NCBI GenBank assembly: GCA_017609105.1
Contig: JAFCEQ010000002.1
Span: forward strand, 1 to 54,090
Length of the DNA: 54,090 nucleotides
Source of the DNA: Candidatus Parvarchaeota archaeon
GTDB lineage: Archaea; Nanobdellota; Nanobdellia; JAFCGN01
Reading direction: 5' to 3'
The translations under genes and the position numbers were made by a program. Below the pieces are notes generated by a model. The model did not search any database and was not told the origin of the DNA. It saw only the letters and a list, made by a program, of their open reading frames with translations. Below are positions 20,318-28,597 of the stretch, piece by piece; position 1 is the stretch's first letter; the number at the start of each line of letters is the position of its first letter.

Positions 20318-20358
20318 GAAAATTAATTTAAATTAGTGGTTTAAATAGATTATTAGAG

Positions 20359-20964
20359 ATGAGAACAATTTCCGAATTTAAAAAAAATGATTTAGAATGG
20401 GCTTTTAAGCTTGTTAGAAGAACAATTGATGCAGTTTTTGATAATACTGAACCATTTGTTGGTGTGATTCCAGAGGTTTTTAAGAAAAAAAGAGGTGTTT
20501 TTGTTACACTCACAATTAATGAAAAACTACGAGGGTGCATGGGTTTTATTAAAAATGTTTTTCCAACTTGGGATGCTCTTATGAAAGCATCAAGAGGTGC
20601 TGCTTTTCAAGACACAAGATTCCCTCCTTTGAAGAGGTATGAATTAGATAAGATTGAAATTGAATTAAGTTTTCTTACTGAACCAAAGAAAATTATTGTA
20701 AATAATCCAAGAGAGTATTTAAATAAAATAAACAATAAAATGGGTTTAGTATTCAAAAAAGGATTTCATATGAGCGTTCTTTTACCGCAAGTTTGGAAGC
20801 AAATACCTGATAAAGAAGATTTCTTGAACGCTCTTTGCGAGAAAGCAGGTTTGGGTTGGGGTTCATGGCTTGATAAAAATGTTGTTCTTGAAAGCTTTTT
20901 TGTTGAAAGTTATAAAGAGTTCAGGAGTTCAGGAAAAACAATAATTAAAAGAATTGAGTTTTAG
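20359..20964 (+). CDS. AMMECR1-domain protein
   Basis: RGVFVTLTINEKLRGCMGFI matches the conserved LRGC[IM]G AMMECR1 motif. The size (201 aa) is typical. Confidence 0.85.
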   Translation: MRTISEFKKNDLEWAFKLVRRTIDAVFDNTEPFVGVIPEVFKKKRGVFVTLTINEKLRGCMGFIKNVFPTWDALMKASRGAAFQDTRFPPLKRYELDKIEIELSFLTEPKKIIVNNPREYLNKINNKMGLVFKKGFHMSVLLPQVWKQIPDKEDFLNALCEKAGLGWGSWLDKNVVLESFFVESYKEFRSSGKTIIKRIEF

Positions 20965-21023
20965 GAAGTATTAAATTTTTTTTTAGAAATCTTTAAAATA
21001 AGCGTTTTTTCATTTATTTTTTA

Positions 21024-21617
21024 ATGAATAAGAAAAGCTCATACAAGGAATCAAGATTCAAAAATTTTTTAACTAAAAATTTTTTAAACAATTACAGAAA
21101 AATTAAAGGGCGAAGGAATAATAATGTTTCAAGAACTCGTCAACATGTTTTAAGTGATTATAAAAGAATTAAAAAAGAAATAGGTTTTGATTTATTATCT
21201 TTTGAAGAAAGGTTCGGGATTAAAATAAAGGACACGTGTTATTATCACAAAATTTTTTTACAATTCATGAACAAGAACATAAGTGATTATATTGCTTTTT
21301 TTGATAAGGTTTTTAATGAGAATGGCGAATGGTTTTATCCAACAAGAAAAATGTTAGAAATCCATGCTGAAGTAGATAAAAAATTAAATATTTTTTATTT
21401 TAAAGCAATTAAATCAAGTTTATTAAGTGAAGAAGATGCTTATAATGTGATAAATGAATACTTAAAGTTTTCTTCAAAAACTCTTAAACCCTTTATTTTA
21501 GAAGTATGTGATTCTCAAATTAAAGAAATTAATTCCATAGACTCAATTATTGAAGAAATTAATGAAGAAGAATGGAATGAACTTAATGAAAAAAAAGAGT
21601 ACGACGGGTTTGTTTAA
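21024..21617 (+). CDS. hypothetical protein
   Basis: 197-aa ORF. No motif recognised. Confidence 0.45.
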   Translation: MNKKSSYKESRFKNFLTKNFLNNYRKIKGRRNNNVSRTRQHVLSDYKRIKKEIGFDLLSFEERFGIKIKDTCYYHKIFLQFMNKNISDYIAFFDKVFNENGEWFYPTRKMLEIHAEVDKKLNIFYFKAIKSSLLSEEDAYNVINEYLKFSSKTLKPFILEVCDSQIKEINSIDSIIEEINEEEWNELNEKKEYDGFV

Positions 21618-21624
21618 TTAATAC

Positions 21625-22233
21625 TTAATTTTTTATCCAAAAAAGCCATAACAGAATTACCATACTAATTAATCCTTCTCTCCAAAGAAAATTATGTAAG
21701 AATTCAATGTTAGTATTAATTTTTATTGAATATAATATTAAACTTGTTATTCTAAGAATATTCACGAACAATATAATTGATGAACCAATAATAATTGCTT
21801 TTATTTTACTTTTTTTGTTCTTTTTATTATACGCTAATACAAGTGCTGTGAAAGCAAGAATGCTTCTATAACCCGTGCAAGCAGAATCTATTGCAAATCT
21901 TATTCGCGTGTTCTCAACATCAAGCAAGGGTATTATATTCTCATTACTCATAATTGTTGTTATGCTTGTATTATAACCTAAGAATGAAATTAGGTTTTTT
22001 ATTATAACTGCTTGCGGGAATTCAATAAACCATAAACTTGGTTTTAACCATTCAATTAAGTAAAGAGGTGTTGCTAAAACTAAAAGCTTTAAAAAGAATT
22101 CAAATGCAAAATAAATTTTTTTATTATTTTCATTTAAAGATTTAATAAATTTTTTTCTTTTTTCTAAAAAATAGTTTAATTTTTTGTTCACTAAATGTTT
22201 AAGCATTTTTAAATTATTTTTCATATTCTTCAC
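21625..22233 (-). CDS. exosortase/archaeosortase-family membrane protein (small form)
   Basis: Polytopic 202-aa protein with IDSACTGYRS (candidate catalytic Cys), a later Arg in a TM segment (VNILRITS) and His (FLHNFLWREG). This is the Cys/Arg/His order of the EpsH/archaeosortase family. Confidence 0.65.
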   Translation of the reverse strand: MKNMKNNLKMLKHLVNKKLNYFLEKRKKFIKSLNENNKKIYFAFEFFLKLLVLATPLYLIEWLKPSLWFIEFPQAVIIKNLISFLGYNTSITTIMSNENIIPLLDVENTRIRFAIDSACTGYRSILAFTALVLAYNKKNKKSKIKAIIIGSSIILFVNILRITSLILYSIKINTNIEFLHNFLWREGLISMVILLWLFWIKN

Positions 22234-22870
22234 TTAAAATTTTCACAATATACTCTGCTTTCTTTTTTCCAAGATTCTTTACTTTTTTTAATTCCTCTTC
22301 TTCTGCATTAACAATATTTCTTATTGTTTTGAATTCTTTAAGAAGGTTTTCAGCTAATTTAGGTCCTACAAAAGGCAAGCCCTCCACAATAAACTTTTTT
22401 TGTTCCTCATCACTGAGTTTTGTTCTCTTACCTCTTAATGAAATTGAACTCCCGTTTTTGAATTGTTCTCTTTTAGCAATAGTTTTAATTAACTTTGCTG
22501 TTTCAAGAGGTGTTTCTGTTTTAATAATAGGAATGCCGTAATCAATTACTAAACTGCTTAATGCTCCGAGAATTGCATTAGGATGGATTTTACGCAAAGC
22601 AAACAAATCCTTTGTTCCTTCAAGTATTATTAACGGTCGTTCAAACTGTTCTCTTAAATCTTTTGCTTGACTAAAAAGGCGTTTATCAATAAGCGATTCT
22701 AAGAAATCATTTATTGTTTTTCTTTCAATACAAACTCTTTTAGAGCAAATAAAATCTCCAACTTCAAGTTTTTTCATTTCAAGAATACAATTCATTTCAT
22801 ACAATTTTTTCATAATTATTGATTTGCTTTCCCTGTAATCAATTAAGATTTTAGGATTCTCTTCAATCAT
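22214..22870 (-). CDS. XPF/ERCC4-type structure-specific nuclease with (HhH)2 domain (Hef nuclease module as a separate protein)
   Basis: ERCC4 signature GDF...ERKTINDFLESL, then C-terminal helix-hairpin-helix repeats (GLPFVGPKLAENLL...VKNLGKKKAEYI). 218 aa. Confidence 0.88.
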   Translation of the reverse strand: MIEENPKILIDYRESKSIIMKKLYEMNCILEMKKLEVGDFICSKRVCIERKTINDFLESLIDKRLFSQAKDLREQFERPLIILEGTKDLFALRKIHPNAILGALSSLVIDYGIPIIKTETPLETAKLIKTIAKREQFKNGSSISLRGKRTKLSDEEQKKFIVEGLPFVGPKLAENLLKEFKTIRNIVNAEEEELKKVKNLGKKKAEYIVKILSEEYEK

Positions 22871-23378
22871 TTACTATCTCCTCAAGCAGTGTTCTAATCC
22901 TCTGAATGTTTTGCTCAGTGTTCAATAAATACACTCTGAATTTATCTTCAATAATCTCATATTCTTTTTTAATCTTATTATATACTTCAAGATTAGCATC
23001 GCTTAAAGTTTTTTTACGCATTAATAATCTTTTTTTAATAATATTCTCATTGCACACGCACTCAATAATTTTTAAATCATATTTGAATTCATCGCAAATT
23101 TTTTTAATTCTCTCAATTCTTCTTACTTTACTATAAGTTCCGTCAAGAATTTTAGGAATTCCTTGTTTTAATGATTCTGAAAGCATTTCTTCAATTCTTT
23201 TATAAACTCTTTTTTTATTGCTTTCCTCATAAATGCTTCCTTCAAAAAATATTTCACCACTTTTCCTAACTTCATCAGTGCTTAAGCATTCTATTTTAAG
23301 AATTTCTGAAAGCAATTTAGATGTACTTGTTTTTCCAGTGCCTGGAAGCCCTCTAAAAAGATAACATTCTTTCTTCAT
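22863..23378 (-). CDS. P-loop kinase-like protein (AAA_33 / polynucleotide-kinase-like fold, substrate unknown)
   Basis: 171 aa. The N-terminal Walker A LFRGLPGTGKTSTSKLL directly followed by STDEVR resembles small nucleotide/polynucleotide kinases. Overlaps the XPF gene start by 8 nt. Confidence 0.65.
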   Translation of the reverse strand: MKKECYLFRGLPGTGKTSTSKLLSEILKIECLSTDEVRKSGEIFFEGSIYEESNKKRVYKRIEEMLSESLKQGIPKILDGTYSKVRRIERIKKICDEFKYDLKIIECVCNENIIKKRLLMRKKTLSDANLEVYNKIKKEYEIIEDKFRVYLLNTEQNIQRIRTLLEEIVND

Positions 23379-23397
23379 GTTTTTAATTAATTAAAAA

Positions 23398-24912
23398 TTA
23401 ATTTAAAAAATCTTTTAAGAGTTTTTGTTTTCTTATTTCACTCTTATTTTTGAGTTCAACTATTGCTTTTTTCATATTCTTTTCTTTATGCTTGCTCACC
23501 CAATAATATGCTTCATCAATCGTGTTCTTCATTATTAAAACAAAAATTTTTCCAATATCAGTTCTTCCAATTCTTCCTCTTCTTTGAATGCTTCTAAGAG
23601 CAGAAGGTATTGGCTCATAAAAAATTCCTAAATCAATGCTTGGAATATGAATTCCTTCTTCACCAATACTTGTGCAAACAAGGATTTGGAATTCATTTTT
23701 TTTGAATTTTTCAAGAACTTTTTTTTGTTCTTTTTGACTCATTCCCTTATTTTGTCCTATAAAAATTTCTGTTCTGAAATTATTTTTAATTAATTCTTTT
23801 TTCAAAATCTCTGTTGTTTTCCTGTAATTAGTGAAGATTATTGCTTTACTTTTTTCTTTTAATTCTCTTCTCAAAATATTTATGAGTGCTTCAATTTTAG
23901 GATTACTAATTTTTTCAGTGTTTAATAAAGAAATAGCATTCTTGAAATTAATGTTTTCAACAATTGTCTTATTTGCTTTTATCTTATTATTTTTAAGAAG
24001 AGAATTATAATATTCTAATAAGCTTTCTGCTCCTTGAGTTAAAAAAATTTCTTTTGAATGAAGGATTTTTATGCAAGCACTAATTCTTGAAAGTTCAGAA
24101 TAAAAGTTTTCACCGTTCTTAATTAATTCTAATGCTTTTTTTTGCGCTTCCAATAATTCTTTTTTATTAATTTTTGTTTGATTAATGCTTTTAATCAAAG
24201 CACTATTCTTTAACAGGATTAATTGTTCTTTCAAGCAATTTTCAAGAAATTTCTTTATTTTCTTATGCTTCTCGCTTAAAGAAATAAAAATTGGTTTTAT
24301 TTCCTTTTTTTTTAAATAATGTTTTATTAATTCATCACTTTCTTCTATAATCTCAATTTCCTTAAAGTTTAAGTTTTTCATTATTTCTTCAATTTTTTTA
24401 ATATCGCTTCCAGGACTTGCTGTAAGCCCTAAAACTTTTTTTTCTTTTCTTCCGCACTTATTATATTCTTTTGCAATAAAAGTATAAGCGTATTCTCCAA
24501 CACCTCTATGTGCTTCATCAAAAATAATTAAAGAAACTTCTTCAAGATTAATTCTTCTTGTTATTATATCATTTTCAATTGTTTGCCCTGTTGCAAAAAT
24601 TATTTTACTTTTCTCCCATATTTTTTTTCTTTTCTCAGGAAGAATGCTTCCATTATAAACGCTTAAATCTTTTTCTTCATAATCAGTTAAGAATTCTTCA
24701 AAAGTTTTTTTATGCTGCTCGCATAATGGTTTTGTTGGAGCTAAGAAAAGAACTTTGCCTTCTCTTACTTTCAATAAACTCAAACCTAAACCAATTAAGG
24801 TTTTGCCTGCTCCAGTAGGGAGAACGCATAACAAATTTGTTTTAATTGCCTTGCCTAAAATGGTTTCTTGATAAAGCCGTAATTTTATATTAGAACGAAG
24901 TCTCATTTGCAA
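23398..24912 (-). CDS. Hef-type superfamily 2 helicase (helicase module only)
   Basis: LRLYQ...VLPTGAGKT (motif I), FDEAHR (motif II), TASPGS (III), IGEEGIHIP, QRRGRIGR (VI). 504 aa with no nuclease domain. Confidence 0.88.
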   Translation of the reverse strand: MQMRLRSNIKLRLYQETILGKAIKTNLLCVLPTGAGKTLIGLGLSLLKVREGKVLFLAPTKPLCEQHKKTFEEFLTDYEEKDLSVYNGSILPEKRKKIWEKSKIIFATGQTIENDIITRRINLEEVSLIIFDEAHRGVGEYAYTFIAKEYNKCGRKEKKVLGLTASPGSDIKKIEEIMKNLNFKEIEIIEESDELIKHYLKKKEIKPIFISLSEKHKKIKKFLENCLKEQLILLKNSALIKSINQTKINKKELLEAQKKALELIKNGENFYSELSRISACIKILHSKEIFLTQGAESLLEYYNSLLKNNKIKANKTIVENINFKNAISLLNTEKISNPKIEALINILRRELKEKSKAIIFTNYRKTTEILKKELIKNNFRTEIFIGQNKGMSQKEQKKVLEKFKKNEFQILVCTSIGEEGIHIPSIDLGIFYEPIPSALRSIQRRGRIGRTDIGKIFVLIMKNTIDEAYYWVSKHKEKNMKKAIVELKNKSEIRKQKLLKDFLN

Positions 24913-24933
24913 AAATTAATGATTTTTTTTATT

Positions 24934-25689
24934 TTATAACTTTTTTTTATTCTCTGTTTCTTCTAAAATCTTATTAGCAAGTTCATATCCTCCAATAACT
25001 TCAGGAGTTATGATTATATCAGCACCTAAAGCCCTCATTCTATCACCAATAGTTAAGTTATCGCATCTTGTTGCTATTTTAATTTTAGGATTCAAATGCT
25101 TTGCTTGAACTACTAAGAATAAGTTATCTTCATTCGTGCCTAAAGCACAAATTATTGCTTTTGCTTTTTCAATCCCTGCTTTTTTTAATGCTCTCTCATC
25201 AAGACAATCCTCGTTTAACACAAAGAATCCGTGTTTTCTTTTTAATCCTTCAGCAGTTTTAACATCGTTTTCTAAAATGATAAACTTCTCCTTGTTTTTT
25301 GATAATTTATCCGCAGCATGGAATCCTACTCTTCCACCACCGCAAATAATTATGTGGTTTTTTAAATTCCTTAATTTGACCATAGAATAAACACCTCCAA
25401 TCATATTAGCATTAAGAAATAATAATACAACATTATCAATTAGATAATAAAGAACATAAGCAGCTAAGAAAGTGAAAATAAGCGGAAGCGCAATCAATTC
25501 ACCTATCTCATTTAAAGGAGGTAAAGTAGTGTCCCCACCTAAAATCCTGAATATTGCGTAAATAAATGCTTTATCAAGTGATTCACCGTTTAAGAATGAA
25601 TTAAGCCACGCACCTGAGAATAAAAAGAAGACAACTAATCCAAAACAAATCATTATTTTTTTTATTATGTTTTTATTATTTTCTTTCAC
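24934..25689 (-). CDS. two-TM cation channel-like protein with a cytoplasmic RCK/TrkA-N domain
   Basis: Two hydrophobic helices flank a pore-like segment YAIFRILGGDTTLPP, followed by a Rossmann GxGxxG (IIICGGGRVG) RCK domain. Confidence 0.7.
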   Translation of the reverse strand: MKENNKNIIKKIMICFGLVVFFLFSGAWLNSFLNGESLDKAFIYAIFRILGGDTTLPPLNEIGELIALPLIFTFLAAYVLYYLIDNVVLLFLNANMIGGVYSMVKLRNLKNHIIICGGGRVGFHAADKLSKNKEKFIILENDVKTAEGLKRKHGFFVLNEDCLDERALKKAGIEKAKAIICALGTNEDNLFLVVQAKHLNPKIKIATRCDNLTIGDRMRALGADIIITPEVIGGYELANKILEETENKKKL

Positions 25690-25767
25690 TTTATTTTAAA
25701 ACTTTTAATTGCTTAAATTTCTTTTGAATTTATAAGCAACTTTTTTTAGAGAATTTTTTTTGGAATG

Positions 25768-25863
25768 TGCGGAGAGCAGGATTCGAACCTGCGTAGGCAC
25801 TAAGCCAACAGGTTACCCAGTTGCTCTTGAGCCTGTCCCGTTTGACCGCTCCGGCATCTCCGC
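25768..25863 (-). tRNA. tRNA-Leu (anticodon CAA) with a predicted 12-nt intron at the canonical 37/38 position
   Basis: Reverse complement GCGGAGA-TG-CCGGAGCGGTCAAACGGG-ACAGG-CTCAAG[AGCAACTGGGTA]A-CCTGT-TGGCTTAGTGCCTAC-GCAGG-TTCGAAT-CCTGC-TCTCCGC-A. The anticodon stem closes only if 12 nt are removed. The long variable arm fits Leu. Confidence 0.78.
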
Positions 25864-25937
25864 ACTATTTTTATTTAGTTATTTGATATTTTTTAAACAT
25901 TTTGTTATGCTCTTATGCTTGAAGAAGTTGTTAAAAA

Positions 25938-26456
25938 TTATTTTTGAAGAATTTTTTGTAAATCCTCTAATTCTTTTCTTAAACTGCTTATGCTTTTTAT
26001 TGCTTTTTTAGGCGATTTCTTTTCTTCTAATTTCTTTAATTCTTTGCTCAAAGGTTTTTCTTTTTTACTTGCTTTTTTTGTAATATTTTCTTTTTTGCTT
26101 TCAATTTTATTTTTTGCTTTCATCCACTCCTTAATTAATTCTCCGTCCTGAGTTTTTTCTAAAATAGGTTCTTTAATCTTAATTTCTTTTTTTTCAGGAA
26201 GTTTTGGCAAAACGTTTTCAAGCTCTTTAATGATTTCTCTTGTTAATTTTGATTGATTTAATATTTCTTCTTGCACTTCTTTTTTTTTCTTTCTTAATTC
26301 ATTAATTTCATCTAAAATGCTAGAATACCTTTTTGTTAGATTTATTAATTCCTCTAATTTCCTATTAATTATAGGCATTCCAGGAACTTTTACATACTCA
26401 TAATACGTAAATTTTTTTGGTTTTGTTGTAATTTTTTTCTTAGTTTTCTGTTTCAT
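25938..26456 (-). CDS. hypothetical Lys/Glu-rich coiled-coil protein
   Basis: 172-aa low-complexity K/E-rich ORF with heptad-like stretches. No catalytic motif. Confidence 0.5.
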   Translation of the reverse strand: MKQKTKKKITTKPKKFTYYEYVKVPGMPIINRKLEELINLTKRYSSILDEINELRKKKKEVQEEILNQSKLTREIIKELENVLPKLPEKKEIKIKEPILEKTQDGELIKEWMKAKNKIESKKENITKKASKKEKPLSKELKKLEEKKSPKKAIKSISSLRKELEDLQKILQK

Positions 26457-26543
26457 TACATTAAAAAGTAGTATAATGAAATTAATATAACTTTTGAAAA
26501 TTCGTGTTCAATTAAAGAATTAATGAACTCACTGTTTTTTTTA

Positions 26544-26616
26544 TGGGCCGGGCCGGATTCGAACCGGCGATTCCTGCGACGTGAACGCAGTGTCATAGCC
26601 ACTAGACCACCAGCCC
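26544..26616 (-). tRNA. tRNA-Val (anticodon CAC)
   Basis: Reverse complement GGGCTGG...CCGGCCC-A, anticodon stem CTGCG/CGCAG with loop TT-CAC-GT, T arm GCCGG-TTCGAAT-CCGGC. Confidence 0.9.
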
Positions 26617-26892
26617 TTATTTATTATCGGAATAATGGAAATTTTTTATCTTTTTCTATTTAAAAAAGATTTTAATTAATTATTTTTGGTGATGAAAAAA
26701 TGGTGGGATCGTTTTTAAGTTATGAGGAACTTATGGAAAGAATAAGAATGAAAGAGGAGAAGCACAAATCAAATCTTGAATGGTTCAAAAACAGGATTCG
26801 AGCTAAAACAAGGTGTTTGTAAAAAAATAAAAAATGGTTTTTAAGAGCATTAATTTTACTAAGAAGATTTTTGTACTATTAATTTAATACTT

Positions 26893-27465
26893 TTAGATTT
26901 CAGCACTTGAAAAAGTTTCATCCAAAAATAACAGCATATTATTCATTCTTTCTATAATGCTTTCACTACTAATTATTTTTTCTTTTTCATCTCCTTCAAT
27001 TTTCTTAAGTTCAGTTATTTTGTCTTCAAGTTCTTGCAAACTTTTTCTTAATTTTGTTATATTATCCATTACTTGCCTGTATTTTTCAAGTTTAACATAA
27101 ACTTCTGGCTTTAATGGTTTTATTTCAGGTATGGGTTTTACTGGTATTTCAGGAGCTTCTGTTTCAATAGGCAGTTTAAACGCTTTTTCTTCTGTTTTTA
27201 AGGGTTCTTCTATTTTAGGACTTTCAAATTTAGGCGTTTCTATTGGCTTGTTAATGTCAGGTAAGTTAAGCGCTTTTGGTGGTGAGGGCATTTCTTTTTG
27301 TGTTTCTATTGGCTTATTAATGTCTGGTAAATTAGTTGGTGCTTTTGGTGGTGTAGGCATTTCAGGCAGTGAAGGTATTTTTGGTGGTGTTATTGGAGGA
27401 GTTTTAGGAGCTTCAGGTTTAAGCGTTTTTGTTTTTTCTTTTTTCTTTTTTCCAAATAATGCCAT
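26893..27465 (-). CDS. hypothetical protein; Pro-rich repeat N-terminal half and coiled-coil C-terminal half
   Basis: 190 aa. Repeated MP(S/T)PPKA..LPDINKPIET units, then a heptad-rich tail (KLRKSLQELEDKITELKKIEG). Confidence 0.55.
   Translation of the reverse strand: MALFGKKKKEKTKTLKPEAPKTPPITPPKIPSLPEMPTPPKAPTNLPDINKPIETQKEMPSPPKALNLPDINKPIETPKFESPKIEEPLKTEEKAFKLPIETEAPEIPVKPIPEIKPLKPEVYVKLEKYRQVMDNITKLRKSLQELEDKITELKKIEGDEKEKIISSESIIERMNNMLLFLDETFSSAEI
27236..27363. repeat. imperfect tandem repeat of about 66 nt inside the Pro-rich gene
   Basis: 27236-27294 and 27302-27363 are similar (GTTTCTATTGGCTT[G/A]TTAATGTC[A/T]GGTAA...GCTTTTGGTGGTG[A/T][G/A]GGCATTTC). They encode the duplicated PPKA..LPDINKPIET peptide. 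Confidence 0.8.
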
Positions 27466-27598
27466 TTTTATTCACTTTTTTATATCTATATTAATCATTA
27501 TCTTTTATTATATATTATTTTTTTGATTTTATGCTTTTAATTAAGTAAGAATTAATGATTTATAAACATTTTAATTTTTTTATTGAGTATTATTCTTT

Positions 27599-28597
27599 AT
27601 GAAGAAAGCTTTGTATTTTGTTAAATTAAAAAATAATTTTGTTAAGTGCAATCTTTGTAGGAAGCATTGTATAATTAAGGAGAATGGTTTTGGTAATTGT
27701 AATGCAAGAAAGAATGTTAATGGGGTTTTGTATTCTATGGTATATCAAAAAATAGTGAGCATGAGTGTTGATCCTATTGAGAAGAAACCCTTGTTTCATT
27801 TTTTTCCTGGTTCTGAAACTCTTTCTTATGCAACAAGCGGGTGTAATTTTCATTGCAAGTTTTGCCAAAATTGGGAGATTTCTCAAAAGAAGCCAAATGA
27901 GGTTTTTTATGAAATTATTCCTTCAGAACAATTAGTGAGTATTGCTAAAGAACATTCTTTGAATATTATTTCTCACACGTATACTGAACCCACTGTTTTT
28001 TATGAGTACGCTCTTGAAGTTGCAAGGAAATCTAATTCTCTTGGAATGAAAAACGTTTTTGTGACGAATGGGTATATTGAATCAGCTCCTTTAAGAAGAA
28101 TAAGCAAGTTTTTGAATGCAGCGAACATTGACTTGAAAGGTTTTAATGAAAAATTTTATTCTCAAATTTGCGATGCTGAATTAAATGAAGTTTTGAAGTC
28201 AATAAAACTTTACAAGAAACACGGAGTTCATATTGAATTAACTAATTTGATTATTCCAAAGAAAAATGATGATTTAGGAGAGATAAAGTTAATGTGCGAG
28301 TGGATTATAAAGAATCTCGGTAAAAATGTTCCATTACATTTTTCTGCGTTTTTTCCTTCTTATAAAATGAGAAGCTCTGCTCCAACAAATCCAAAAACAC
28401 TTCATAAAGCAAAAGAAATCGCTATTGATTCTGGCATTCGGTATGTTTATGTGGGGAACACTATGGAGGAGGAGAACACTTATTGTTATGACTGCAATCA
28501 TTTGTTGATAAAAAGAAAGAATTTCAGAGTATTAATTAATAATTTGAGGGGGAACAAATGTCCGGAGTGTGGCGCAAAACAATATTTTGTTTTTTGA
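27599..28597 (+). CDS. radical SAM enzyme of the AmmeMemoRadiSam / PflA-like activase type
   Basis: N-terminal Cys cluster (CNLCRKHCIIKENGFGNC), canonical CNFHCKFCQN (CxxxCxxC), C-terminal CYDC...CPEC zinc-ribbon-like pairs. 332 aa. Confidence 0.85.
   Translation: MKKALYFVKLKNNFVKCNLCRKHCIIKENGFGNCNARKNVNGVLYSMVYQKIVSMSVDPIEKKPLFHFFPGSETLSYATSGCNFHCKFCQNWEISQKKPNEVFYEIIPSEQLVSIAKEHSLNIISHTYTEPTVFYEYALEVARKSNSLGMKNVFVTNGYIESAPLRRISKFLNAANIDLKGFNEKFYSQICDAELNEVLKSIKLYKKHGVHIELTNLIIPKKNDDLGEIKLMCEWIIKNLGKNVPLHFSAFFPSYKMRSSAPTNPKTLHKAKEIAIDSGIRYVYVGNTMEEENTYCYDCNHLLIKRKNFRVLINNLRGNKCPECGAKQYFVF

Noticed and set aside
25760-26011. 83-aa ORF on the plus strand
   Set aside because: Its 5' part is the reverse complement of tRNA-Leu(CAA) and its 3' part overlaps the end of the minus-strand gene 25938-26456. 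It has no RBS and a non-coding-like Leu/Phe-rich composition.
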